Of a stretch of DNA of 64,000 nucleotides, positions 34,068-43,150 are shown piece after piece. Positions within the stretch are counted from its first letter, which is position 1. Every line of letters begins with the position of its first letter. This DNA is from a virus. The notes beneath the pieces are model-generated. The model ran no database searches, was not told the DNA's origin, and saw only the letters and a list, made by a program, of their open reading frames with translations. The stretch lies in IMG/VR virus record IMGVR_UViG_3300045988_154248. One strand, 5' to 3'. The position numbers and the translations under genes were made by a program.

Positions 34068-36581
34068 ATGGCAGGTATTAATGTACCTCAGTATGAGATT
34101 TTTAAAATTGGAACAGATAAATTAAAATATTCTAAATGGAATTTGAATATTGATAAAAAAGAAGCATTTAAATACCAAGAATCTGTTTCATTATTTGAAG
34201 GTCAGCAATTTCGAATTATGGCAAAGAAAATCATGAAGAAAGCAAAATGGAAATGTGATTTTTCGAAACTTTTTATGCAAGTCGTTATTGATCAGAAAAC
34301 AGATTTTGCAAGAGCGACAAACAGAAAAGGTGTTACTGTAAATGGTATAAATTATAGACGTTTTGTTGGAACAACAGGTGGTTTGAAGAATAATACTCTT
34401 CTATTTTGTAATTCGGAATACATAGATAAACTAAATGAATTATGTGAGTGTAGGCGAAACAAAGAAGTGCCATTAGTTCCAGCAAAATATGAAGCATATA
34501 AAGCGTTAACTTGCTCTGCATCGCAGCCAATTTGCGAACCACATGGAATTTTAGTTGTAAAAGATTGCATTACTCAATACGAAGATGATGTAATTTCTCT
34601 CGATAGTGGAGTTGGAGACGGTGAGCCAATTCGTGAAAAAAAACATAAAGTAATGGAAAATACAGTGTCTGATGGGTTTAATTTATGTACTATTGGATAC
34701 ATGCAAAGAGTTGCTGAATCTCTTGGATTAGATTATACTCCTGCAGGTGTATGTTTGCGAAATGCCTGGTTAAAAGGTATGCTCTATCCTTTCCCAATTA
34801 TAGAGTTTATTGAAAAATATAATGGTGGGAATTATTTTATCAAGGATATTTGGGGTAATGTGCAGGACATTCGAGAGTGTGAAATGATTCTCACGGAATC
34901 TTCATTGAAATTATGGTCGGCATATGAAAGTATTGACGAATATATTGCAGCATATAGAGAGTGTGGATATGAATTTGCAGTTACGAAAATTTCTCCTCAT
35001 ATCTTAGATGAAGAACGTGAATTAAATTATCAATATTTACAGTCTTATGAATTCACTGATGATGATATTAAAGAATTGTGTAATCCTACCATTCAGCATT
35101 TAAAAGATGCGATGTGTGGAAACTACGAATCCACTATTAAATTTCTTGGAATTAATGAAAATACAGACGTGAATTCATGGCAACGTGCATTATATACAAG
35201 CCAATATATGCTTGGCGATCCGTATATTATCGATTCAACTCATAGGTATATTAAGAAGAAAATAAATGATGCAAAAATTGGTAAATTAATTGTAAATGGT
35301 AATTATCAAATTGCTAGTGGTGATCCGTTTGCGTTAATGCAATCAATTTGTGGCCTAGAAATAACTGGCTTATTAAAAGCTGATCAATGCTACTCAAAAT
35401 TCTGGATTGACAAATCTGTAGATTCTGTAGTTATCTTTCGAAGTCCAATGACTTCTCACAATAATATTCGAAAATGCAATGTAATTTCAAATGAAGAGTG
35501 TTTGTATTGGTATCAGTATATGGATACTATTATGATTATCAATGCATGGGATTCTTTTTGTGTGGCGGAAAACGGTTGTGATTGGGATGGCGATCTTTTA
35601 TATTCAACCAATAATAAAGTCTTACTTCGTTGTTTTAGAAAACTATTAGCAATTGAATGTGTTCAAAGAAAAGCCAATAAGATTATTATTAATGAAAAAG
35701 AAGTCAAAAAAACAAATAAAAACGGCATGGGAAATCAGGTTGGACAGATTACAAACCGTGTTACTTCGATGATCGAAGTTTTGTCACGATTTGAAGAGGG
35801 GTCTAATGAATATAATGATTTATTATATCGTATTGAATGTGGACAGCTTCACCAACAGGATGAATTGGATAAAATCAAAGGAATTATTGCAAAGCCAATG
35901 GCAAAATATTGGTATAATCTTGGTGCTTGTAAAGATAATCATTATTTACAATCAATTTGTGCTTATCGAAAACCGTATTTTATGATCTATATTTATGATG
36001 AGATTAAACGTAAGTATAAGAACTATATCAAGGAAAGCGAGATAAAATGCGCTGCATTATATGATTGCAGTATTCAAGATTTATATAGTAAAAAGGATAA
36101 TTTAACTGACGAACAAAAAGATTTTTTATTTTGGTATGAGTATAAAATGCCGGTTGGCATTGGAGCTTGTGCAATGAATAAAATCTGCTGGTATGTTGAA
36201 AGTCAATTAGACGGATATAAATCACAATTACATCATGATTCTACTTTTGATTACAATCGTTTAAAAGTTAAACGTCGATGTACAGAAGAACATCGGAAAG
36301 CTTTACATGATCTTGAACAAGAGTATCGTGAATGTATTAAGGAGTATAAAGCAAACAGGTCTTCCGACAAAGAACAATCAAATAATAACAGAAAATATTT
36401 ATGCGAAAAATTTAGGCAAGCGGCTATTGAACTTTGCCCAAATGATGAAGAGCGCATGAATATTATCCTTGATATCACCTATGGTTATAAGGGAAATCGA
36501 CAGTTTTGTTGGGACTGTATTGGTGACTTGCTTATTAAACGTTTGGAAGAAATGGAGAATGAAAATGTATATACTGAATGA
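34068..36581 (+). CDS. YonO/RdRP-like single-subunit RNA polymerase (double-psi beta-barrel, DxDGD)
   Basis: 837 aa. FRSPMTSHNNIRKC...AENGCDWDGDLLYS matches the R-x-P ... DxDGD catalytic arrangement of YonO and eukaryotic-type RdRPs. ATG at 34068 follows GGAGG. Confidence 0.65.
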   Translation: MAGINVPQYEIFKIGTDKLKYSKWNLNIDKKEAFKYQESVSLFEGQQFRIMAKKIMKKAKWKCDFSKLFMQVVIDQKTDFARATNRKGVTVNGINYRRFVGTTGGLKNNTLLFCNSEYIDKLNELCECRRNKEVPLVPAKYEAYKALTCSASQPICEPHGILVVKDCITQYEDDVISLDSGVGDGEPIREKKHKVMENTVSDGFNLCTIGYMQRVAESLGLDYTPAGVCLRNAWLKGMLYPFPIIEFIEKYNGGNYFIKDIWGNVQDIRECEMILTESSLKLWSAYESIDEYIAAYRECGYEFAVTKISPHILDEERELNYQYLQSYEFTDDDIKELCNPTIQHLKDAMCGNYESTIKFLGINENTDVNSWQRALYTSQYMLGDPYIIDSTHRYIKKKINDAKIGKLIVNGNYQIASGDPFALMQSICGLEITGLLKADQCYSKFWIDKSVDSVVIFRSPMTSHNNIRKCNVISNEECLYWYQYMDTIMIINAWDSFCVAENGCDWDGDLLYSTNNKVLLRCFRKLLAIECVQRKANKIIINEKEVKKTNKNGMGNQVGQITNRVTSMIEVLSRFEEGSNEYNDLLYRIECGQLHQQDELDKIKGIIAKPMAKYWYNLGACKDNHYLQSICAYRKPYFMIYIYDEIKRKYKNYIKESEIKCAALYDCSIQDLYSKKDNLTDEQKDFLFWYEYKMPVGIGACAMNKICWYVESQLDGYKSQLHHDSTFDYNRLKVKRRCTEEHRKALHDLEQEYRECIKEYKANRSSDKEQSNNNRKYLCEKFRQAAIELCPNDEERMNIILDITYGYKGNRQFCWDCIGDLLIKRLEEMENENVYTE

Positions 36582-37410
36582 GAAGGATTATATTAGATCT
36601 GTTCTGGCTTCAAAAAAGAAGCCAGAAGATCTATCTATTGGCTATTTGATTGTTTTAACAGCAAAATATTATTATATTAACAATGAAAATATAGAAAAAG
36701 AACAGTTAGTTGAAATCGTTACAAATAAGATTTCTGATATGATGATTTATGGCTATCAGGAATATAAATGGATTCGCAAAATTGAGAAAGTATGTGATAT
36801 TTTTTATGATAACGAGAAAGATAAAAAGTCAAATAAAAAGGAAGAAATTAACGAAAAGGACAAACAACTCAGAGAATTAAAATATGTTCCAATTTATCAA
36901 GAAGAAATTGATCTTATTAACTCACTTCCTAATGACAGACAAAAGAAATTTATGTTTACTTTATATGCCGTAGCTCGTTATATGGATTCTGATGGATGGA
37001 TTAATAAAAAGGATCTTAGAGGATTGTCTGAAATTTTTAAATTGGCAAATATTACTCTTACGTCGGATAAAAAAAACGAACTGCTTCATGAGTTATATAA
37101 AAATGGTTATATTTATTTTGGTAAACAAATAGATAACCTGAATATTAGAGTTAATTTAGCTGAATCTGATAATGTGGTATATAAGATAAAAGAATTTTCT
37201 AATTTAGGGAATCAATATATCGGTAACTTTAAAAAAGGATATAGACAATGTGCAAATCCATCATGTGGAAAAAGAGTTAAAATGACTGCACCAAATAGGA
37301 TTTATTGTAGTAAGTGTGCCGAAGAAATTGATCGAGAAAAAGCAAAAGATCGTATGAAGAAATTGAGAAACCATAAAATGTTCGAAGCTGACAGTATGAA
37401 AAATGCCTAA
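36565..37410 (+). CDS. hypothetical protein with C-terminal zinc ribbon
   Basis: ORF track gives 36469..37410. ATG at 36565. Contains CANPSCGKRVKMTAPNRIYCSKC. Start overlaps the RNAP stop. Confidence 0.6.
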   Translation: MYILNEKDYIRSVLASKKKPEDLSIGYLIVLTAKYYYINNENIEKEQLVEIVTNKISDMMIYGYQEYKWIRKIEKVCDIFYDNEKDKKSNKKEEINEKDKQLRELKYVPIYQEEIDLINSLPNDRQKKFMFTLYAVARYMDSDGWINKKDLRGLSEIFKLANITLTSDKKNELLHELYKNGYIYFGKQIDNLNIRVNLAESDNVVYKIKEFSNLGNQYIGNFKKGYRQCANPSCGKRVKMTAPNRIYCSKCAEEIDREKAKDRMKKLRNHKMFEADSMKNA

Positions 37411-37526
37411 TTTTGTTGGGATTTTTGTTTCTTTTTCAAAAAAAATTGTTTTTCTTTGAAGGGAATAAATAATCATTTTTTATTTCTGACTATACCGGAA
37501 GAAACAAAACCTGTAGTCTATTCAAC

Positions 37527-37552
37527 GGGCGGTTACTCTCTGCCGCCCTTTC
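37527..37552 (+). terminator. terminator-like hairpin
   Basis: GGGCGG...CCGCCC stem followed by TTTC. Confidence 0.45.
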
Positions 37553-37616
37553 AAAAGGTTAATTCTTTATGTTAATTTCATAATTATCTCCTCTTTCTTT
37601 TATGTTTTATTTTTTA

Positions 37617-38585
37617 CTGGCAGATATAATAGTTTGCCAGTATTATCGCGGGATATGCTGGATCGGTTCCACGAGAGATTCATGTTCTCTAAAGCTACGT
37701 TCGACTCGTAGTCCCGCAACTCGTGGCATAGCACAGATAGATGCGTGTGAGCGTATTAAAGGCGAATTTACAACTCGTCGCCATGAAAATTGGTCAATCT
37801 ATGCAAAACTAACATCCCAGGCACTCAAAAAGTGCTGTTTCATACCGGTAAAACGAGTAAGTCCTGTGTGGAAATAGTGTCAGGAAATAGGGAGTAACAA
37901 GGTGATTCAGGGGCAACCGCTGAGAATCATTTTTCTGCGCAACAGAATAGCTCACGCGAACCTATGAAGATATGATGGGGAATTAGGAGGATATATAGTG
38001 CGAGTCCTTATTAGACAAGTGCGATGTCCATTTGGGTAAGTGAATTGGTAGAGATGCCAAATTAGCTTATGCAGGATGCGAGTAGGGATTATAACCGAAA
38101 GCTACGAAGGCGTGATGGATTTTGTTATCCAAAAGATAACGAAACATCTGGTGCAGCGCGTCTTCTGTATTCAATTTCGTTTCTATTAATTAGTATATTC
38201 AGGAAGAATGTAAAAATTGGTTTGATGCAAAAGGTAAACAAATTATAAAGCGAAAGTCTGTACCTCTGTATGGTGTAAGCAGCCAAAATGTGTAATCTCT
38301 TTTGAGGTAATACACACACTGAAAGATACGCAATATCTGGATGTGTTAAGCGGATTCTGCACAGTTCTCTTAGCGGAGATTTATAGCACGGCAGTGTTAA
38401 TGGAACGATGAAACTTGAGTAGTCATACAGCAAAGAAGATAAGCCTCTTCTCAAAAGGCGGTTGTGGAAGATACTATATGTGTGCGCAAGCAACATATAG
38501 TGGATAACCGAAGAAAAAATAATGTCGGTAAAGGTTTCTGAAAATACGTATAATCTCAGCGTATTTATTTTGCTACTTCTGTAGC
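37617..38585 (+). ncRNA. candidate giant structured ncRNA (GOLLD/ROOL-class context)
   Basis: About 1 kb without credible ORFs and GC-enriched. Hairpins at 37617-37640, 37695-37711 (T-loop-like TTCGACT), 38124-38140 and 38474-38500 (with an internal GCAA tetraloop). Directly abuts a tRNA in a phage. Confidence 0.4.
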
Positions 38586-38590
38586 ATTAT

Positions 38591-38664
38591 TGCGGTGTAG
38601 CTCAGTTGGTGAGAGCATTCGGCTTATATCCGAACGGTCGTGGGTTCGAGTCCTACCACCCCAA
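38591..38664 (+). tRNA. tRNA-Ile (anticodon TAT)
   Basis: Cloverleaf read by hand. D arm GCTC/GAGC, anticodon arm TTCGG-CTTATAT-CCGAA, T arm GTGGG-TTCGAGT-CCTAC. One C-C mismatch in the acceptor stem. No encoded CCA. Confidence 0.7.
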
Positions 38665-38705
38665 CTATTTATCTTTGTTGTATACAAAGAAATTTAAAAC
38701 GAAAG

Positions 38706-38894
38706 GTGTGTATTAATATAGTACTCATTACTAAACAAGAGAAAGAATATTTAGTAAAGCATGGAGTTCCTTATGCGGAAGGCGGCGTATCCCATTCGGA
38801 ATCATGTCATAAACGTAAAAAATTCTATTTGTGTGAGACTTCTCATAATATGAGACTACTCGAAAATTATAGAAAAAAATTATATCATCGCTAA
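38706..38894 (+). CDS. small basic protein (start uncertain)
   Basis: Frame ...VLITKQEKEYLVKHGVPYAEGG...KRKKFYLCE... GAAAGGTG at 38701 is followed 7 nt later by in-frame ATA at 38718. GTG at 38706 overlaps the SD. Confidence 0.45.
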   Translation: MCINIVLITKQEKEYLVKHGVPYAEGGVSHSESCHKRKKFYLCETSHNMRLLENYRKKLYHR

Positions 38895-38927
38895 TGCGAA
38901 ATTTAATGAGAAAGGTGGTTTGGAGCC

Positions 38928-40139
38928 ATCAAAACTAAATTTTATGATACTAACGCTCTTCTATTACTACAGGATAAAATTTTAGAAGACAGTTTTTACA
39001 TTAGTTCTACTACTCTAGAAGAACTAGAAAACATTAAAACAAGTTCTCGAAAAGATGAAGAGACAAAATACAAAGCAAGAAAATTATTACATATTTTAGA
39101 TGAAAATGATGATAAATATAAAGTTGTTATTACCACCAAAGATATTATCTCAATTATAGATGCTTTTGGATTAGAAAACACTCCTGATAATCAGATTTGT
39201 GCATGTGCATATTCTACTCCTGATATTTTATTTATTACAAACGATATTTCTTGTAAAACCATTGCAAAATGGATTTTTGGATTAGATGTTTCCAGTATTT
39301 CTACTATTCAAGAAGATCTATATAAAGGATATAGAGATATTACATTGTCTGAAAATGATATGGCATATTTCTATGAACATTTAAATGAAAATGTTTTCAA
39401 TTTATTAACAAATGAATATGTTATTATTCGAAATGCAGACAATGAAGTTGTAGATAAATTAAAATGGGATGGCGGAATGTATCAGACTATTAGAAATAAA
39501 CCATTTAAATCTAATATGTTTGGTACATTAAAACCATTAGACGACATTCAATCATTCGCTATGGATTCGATTAATACAAATGACATTACCGTATTGTATG
39601 GTAAAGCTGGTAGTGGTAAAACTACTCTTCCGCTTAATTATATCATGCAAGAAATCGAAAAAGGAAAATATAAAAAATGCTATATGGTTTACTCTTATGA
39701 ACCATTAAAAGGAGCAAAAACTCTCGGCTACGAAAAGGGTGATCATGTCACAAAATTGATCTATTCTGCATCTATCGGAAATATTTTAGCATCAAAATTT
39801 GGCGATCTACAGCAAGTTGAATACATGCTTGATCGTGGAATGCTAGATATTATTCCAACTGCAAATATTCGAGGTGTCGAATTTGAATCTGATAGCATCT
39901 GTATGGTTACAGAAAGTCAGAATTTGGATGTTTATACTCTAAAAACAATTATTCAACGTTGTAAATCTGGATGTAAACAAATATATGAGGGTGACATTAT
40001 TGAACAAAAGGATACAAACGTCCAAAATGTTGGTATTAATAGACTGATTGACGTATTCAAAGGACATAAAAGCTTTGGGTGTGTCAAACTTAAAAATAAT
40101 TACAGATCTGAATTGAGCGAATTAGCAGATTTGATGTAA
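38928..40139 (+). CDS. PIN-domain plus PhoH-like ATPase (PhoH2 architecture)
   Basis: PhoH Walker A is LYGKAGSGKTT. The upstream 139 codons encode a PIN-like domain (KFYDTNALL...EELE...TNDIS) with no ATG, GTG or TTG. ATC at 38928 sits 9 nt after GAAAGGTGG. Confidence 0.7.
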   Translation: MKTKFYDTNALLLLQDKILEDSFYISSTTLEELENIKTSSRKDEETKYKARKLLHILDENDDKYKVVITTKDIISIIDAFGLENTPDNQICACAYSTPDILFITNDISCKTIAKWIFGLDVSSISTIQEDLYKGYRDITLSENDMAYFYEHLNENVFNLLTNEYVIIRNADNEVVDKLKWDGGMYQTIRNKPFKSNMFGTLKPLDDIQSFAMDSINTNDITVLYGKAGSGKTTLPLNYIMQEIEKGKYKKCYMVYSYEPLKGAKTLGYEKGDHVTKLIYSASIGNILASKFGDLQQVEYMLDRGMLDIIPTANIRGVEFESDSICMVTESQNLDVYTLKTIIQRCKSGCKQIYEGDIIEQKDTNVQNVGINRLIDVFKGHKSFGCVKLKNNYRSELSELADLM

Positions 40140-40157
40140 GAAAGGATTTATATATTA

Positions 40158-40337
40158 GTGATTAAAAAATTTGATAAAGAATACAGTACTCAATACGTAC
40201 CTGAGATGAAATATCTTCAATCAAAAGGTATTGAATATTCTTTTGTAAAAGATATTCAAGGAGTGACGACATATAAATATACGAAGACACCAGAGTTATT
40301 TTTGGCTTTGGTGTCTTTTTATATGGAAAATAAATAA
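40158..40337 (+). CDS. small protein (59 aa)
   Basis: GTG start. VIKKFDKEYSTQYVPEMKYLQSKGIEYSFVKDIQGVTTYKYTKTPELFLAL... Pattern resembles 58169..58345. Confidence 0.4.
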   Translation: MIKKFDKEYSTQYVPEMKYLQSKGIEYSFVKDIQGVTTYKYTKTPELFLALVSFYMENK

Positions 40338-40370
40338 AAATACGAAAGGATAAATAATAGGTGATAAATA

Positions 40371-41360
40371 ATGAGCCAAAAAAGAATTTATTCAAAAGAT
40401 GAAACTGAATTAATGCTTGAAATGTACAAAGATGGAGAAACATATTCGGACATAGGGAAAGCTTTACATACTAAAGCACAAAAAGTTTCAAAATATTTAA
40501 AAGAACTGGGGTATGGCGTCAGGCCACATAACCAATTAAAAAATCATGAATATTTATCTGCATCACGAAAAAACTCTTTAAATGAAAATTTCTTTAAAAC
40601 TATTGATACAGAATCAAAGGCCTATTGGCTTGGATTTTTATATGCAGATGGATATATATGTAAAAAGTATGATAAATCGGGGCATGAAAAAGGTGGATCA
40701 GTAGAGTTAACTTTAAAATCAGATGATAAATATCATATTCAAAATTTTTTAAGTGATATACAATCTACTGCGCCGATTGCAGATAGGAAAATAAAATTAA
40801 ATGGTAAAGAATATTTTGCAAACAGAGCTTGTATAACGTCTATTAAAATGGTGAATGATTTAATTAGTCATGGATGCGTAGAAAATAAATCTTTGATTTT
40901 AGAACCACCTACCTCTGTTCCTGATGGTTTAATTTCGCACTTTATACGCGGATACTTTGATGGCGATGGATGTGTATGTTTTTATCCTGAAAACTATTCA
41001 TATACGTATAGTATATTGGGTACTAAAGCATTTCTTGAGTTTGTTGCAACCAAAGCACAATTACCGTCTTTTAATATTATCTCTTTTGAACACAAAAAAT
41101 GTTATGAATTAAGAACTCATTCCAAAAAATCAGCAGAATTATTTCATAATTACATTTATAAAGACAAAACAATTTATCTCGAAAGAAAATATCAAAAATC
41201 TCTTGCGATGATGAAGTGGTGTTTTATGGAAGATAATAGAACTGAAACACAGAAAATAGCAGATTTATTAGACGATATGTTATTTTTTGATGATAGTAAT
41301 ATAGAAAATTTTATAAAGTATGTCAAGAACACCCGTGACTTTAGTCATGGGATGAATTGA
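40371..41360 (+). CDS. LAGLIDADG homing endonuclease (double-motif)
   Basis: WLGFLYADGYI and FIRGYFDGDGCV motifs. Confidence 0.85.
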   Translation: MSQKRIYSKDETELMLEMYKDGETYSDIGKALHTKAQKVSKYLKELGYGVRPHNQLKNHEYLSASRKNSLNENFFKTIDTESKAYWLGFLYADGYICKKYDKSGHEKGGSVELTLKSDDKYHIQNFLSDIQSTAPIADRKIKLNGKEYFANRACITSIKMVNDLISHGCVENKSLILEPPTSVPDGLISHFIRGYFDGDGCVCFYPENYSYTYSILGTKAFLEFVATKAQLPSFNIISFEHKKCYELRTHSKKSAELFHNYIYKDKTIYLERKYQKSLAMMKWCFMEDNRTETQKIADLLDDMLFFDDSNIENFIKYVKNTRDFSHGMN

Positions 41361-41453
41361 CATACATATGTTAAACAGAAATACGCTGTAATATATTGAA
41401 AACACTAGATTTTGTAATATACATATGTTATCATAGTCATGAGGTGATAATAT

Positions 41454-41855
41454 ATGGAAGTGACTCATGGTCGTGGATATGTATATTCGATACAATATCA
41501 TATTGTTTGGTGTGTTAAATACAGACACAAAATAATTACAGAAAAAATAGAGAATAGATTAATAGAGATACTTAATAAAATAGCTGATGATAATGGATTT
41601 CAAATATTAGAATGTAATACAGATAAAGACCATATTCATCTTCTCGTTAATTGTTCTCCGCAACATTATATCCCAGACATGATAAAAGCATTAAAAGGCG
41701 TGTCAGCAAGGTTACTTATGAAAGAATTTGGAGAAGAATTAAAAAGAAAATTATGGGGTGGTCACTTGTGGAATCCATCATATTTCGTGGCAACCGTATC
41801 AGAAAATACAGAAGAACAAATTAGAAAATATATTCAAAATCAGAAAAGAAAGTGA
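41454..41855 (+). CDS. tnpA: IS200/IS605 Y1 (HUH) transposase TnpA
   Basis: [10 protein letters not shown]...HIHLLV...Y motif pattern. 133 aa. Confidence 0.85.
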   Translation: MEVTHGRGYVYSIQYHIVWCVKYRHKIITEKIENRLIEILNKIADDNGFQILECNTDKDHIHLLVNCSPQHYIPDMIKALKGVSARLLMKEFGEELKRKLWGGHLWNPSYFVATVSENTEEQIRKYIQNQKRK

Positions 41856-41865
41856 GGTGAAGTCA

Positions 41866-42969
41866 GTGGAAAAAGCTTATAAGTACAGGATTTATCCAAA
41901 TAAAAAGCAGAAAGAAATAATTGCAAAGACTTTTGGGTGTTGCAGATTTATATATAATAAGTATCTTGCAAAGCGAATTGAAATGTATGAACAGAATAAA
42001 GAAACATTTTCATATGTTCAATGTGCAAATGATATGAAGAAACTAAAATCAGAGTTAGAATGGCTTAAAGAAGTCGATTCTACTGCTCTTCAATCTTCAC
42101 TTAAAGATTTAGATTCAGCTTATCAAAAATTCTTTAAAGAACACACAGGATATCCTAAGTTCAAATCAAAGAAAACACATAGATTTTCTTATAAATCAAA
42201 GTGTGTAAATGGCAATATTCAGTATTGTGATAAATATATTAAGTTACCTAAACTTGGAATGGTAAAAACGAAAAACAAGTTAGTACCAAAAGGAATGATT
42301 CTTAATGCTACTGTGTCACAAGAACCAAGTGGCAAATATTATGTGTCAATTTGTTGTACTGATATTGATATTCAACCACTAAATAAAACTGGTAATAACA
42401 TTGGTATTGATTTAGGCATTAAAGAATTTTGTATTACAAGTGATGGAGAATTAATTCCAAATCCACATTACTTAAAGAAGTCTTTAGATAAACTTGCTAA
42501 GTTACAAAGAGAATTATCTCGAAAATCAAAAGGTAGTTCTAATCGTAATAAAGCAAGAATAAAGGTTGCAAGACTTCAGGAACATATTGCAAATCAGAGA
42601 AAAGATTTCTTGCATAAGTTATCTACTGAAACAATCAGAAGTAATGATATTGTATGTATCGAAGACCTTCAAGTAAAGAATATGATTAAAAATCATAAAC
42701 TTGCACAGTCTATCGCAGATGTATCATGGTCTGAATTTGTAAGACAACTTGAATATAAAGCAAATTGGTATGGTAAACAAGTTGTGAAAGTAGATAAATT
42801 CTATGCAAGTTCTCAAACTTGTAATGTATGTGGGTATATAAATAAGGATACAAAAAATCTTTCAGTAAGAGAATGGGAATGTCCTTGTTGTCATACACAT
42901 CATGACAGAGATATGAACGCAGCCATCAATATTCTTAATGAAGGATTGAGAATATTAGAAGTGGCATAG
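41866..42969 (+). CDS. tnpB: TnpB (OrfB) RNA-guided nuclease family protein
   Basis: GTG start giving [15 protein letters not shown]. RuvC-like IGIDLG...IEDL. Zinc finger CNVCGY...CPCCH. The ORF-track start at 41758 overlaps tnpA. Confidence 0.85.
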   Translation: MEKAYKYRIYPNKKQKEIIAKTFGCCRFIYNKYLAKRIEMYEQNKETFSYVQCANDMKKLKSELEWLKEVDSTALQSSLKDLDSAYQKFFKEHTGYPKFKSKKTHRFSYKSKCVNGNIQYCDKYIKLPKLGMVKTKNKLVPKGMILNATVSQEPSGKYYVSICCTDIDIQPLNKTGNNIGIDLGIKEFCITSDGELIPNPHYLKKSLDKLAKLQRELSRKSKGSSNRNKARIKVARLQEHIANQRKDFLHKLSTETIRSNDIVCIEDLQVKNMIKNHKLAQSIADVSWSEFVRQLEYKANWYGKQVVKVDKFYASSQTCNVCGYINKDTKNLSVREWECPCCHTHHDRDMNAAINILNEGLRILEVA

Positions 42970-43071
42970 ACGAATAAAGAACGGTAGGAACTATCGGGAT
43001 AGCTTGGTAAATATCTTTTCAGTAGAAATGAGTTCCCAAGAATCTCGTGGCTTTAGCCATGAGAGGTTCAA
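42930..43071 (+). ncRNA. putative omega/reRNA of TnpB (3' end of tnpB through right end)
   Basis: Assignment rests on position, relative to known TnpB systems, and on the terminal hairpin. The 5' boundary is not determinable by eye. Confidence 0.35.
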
Positions 43072-43150
43072 ATGTGATTCATATAAAACAGAACGAAGTG
43101 AAACTGCAGCTATGGCAGATTTATTAGATTAATCCTTTTATGGAAATATT

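Larger units (their letters stand above)
41365..43071 (+). mobile_element. IS200/IS605-family element (tnpA + tnpB); left boundary approximate
   Basis: Y1 transposase and TnpB in tandem. Subterminal hairpin CTCGTGGC-TTTA-GCCATGAG at 43041-43060. The right end finishes in TCAA at 43068-43071. Confidence 0.65.

Noticed and set aside
37602-38496. ORFs 37602..37877 (+) and 38125..38496 (-) as genes
   Set aside because: They have no SD and junk-like composition. They lie on opposite strands within one structured block, and their starts fall inside hairpins.
41240-43130. Similarity between 41243-41275 (inside the LAGLIDADG gene 3' part) and 43092-43128 (after the IS605 end), considered as duplicated exon sequence or an intron footprint. 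Both contain GCAGATTTATTAGA.
   Set aside because: The exact match is only about 14-16 nt with patchy flanks. This is within chance expectation for an AT-rich 64 kb window, and no supporting splice-site or intron core structure is seen.
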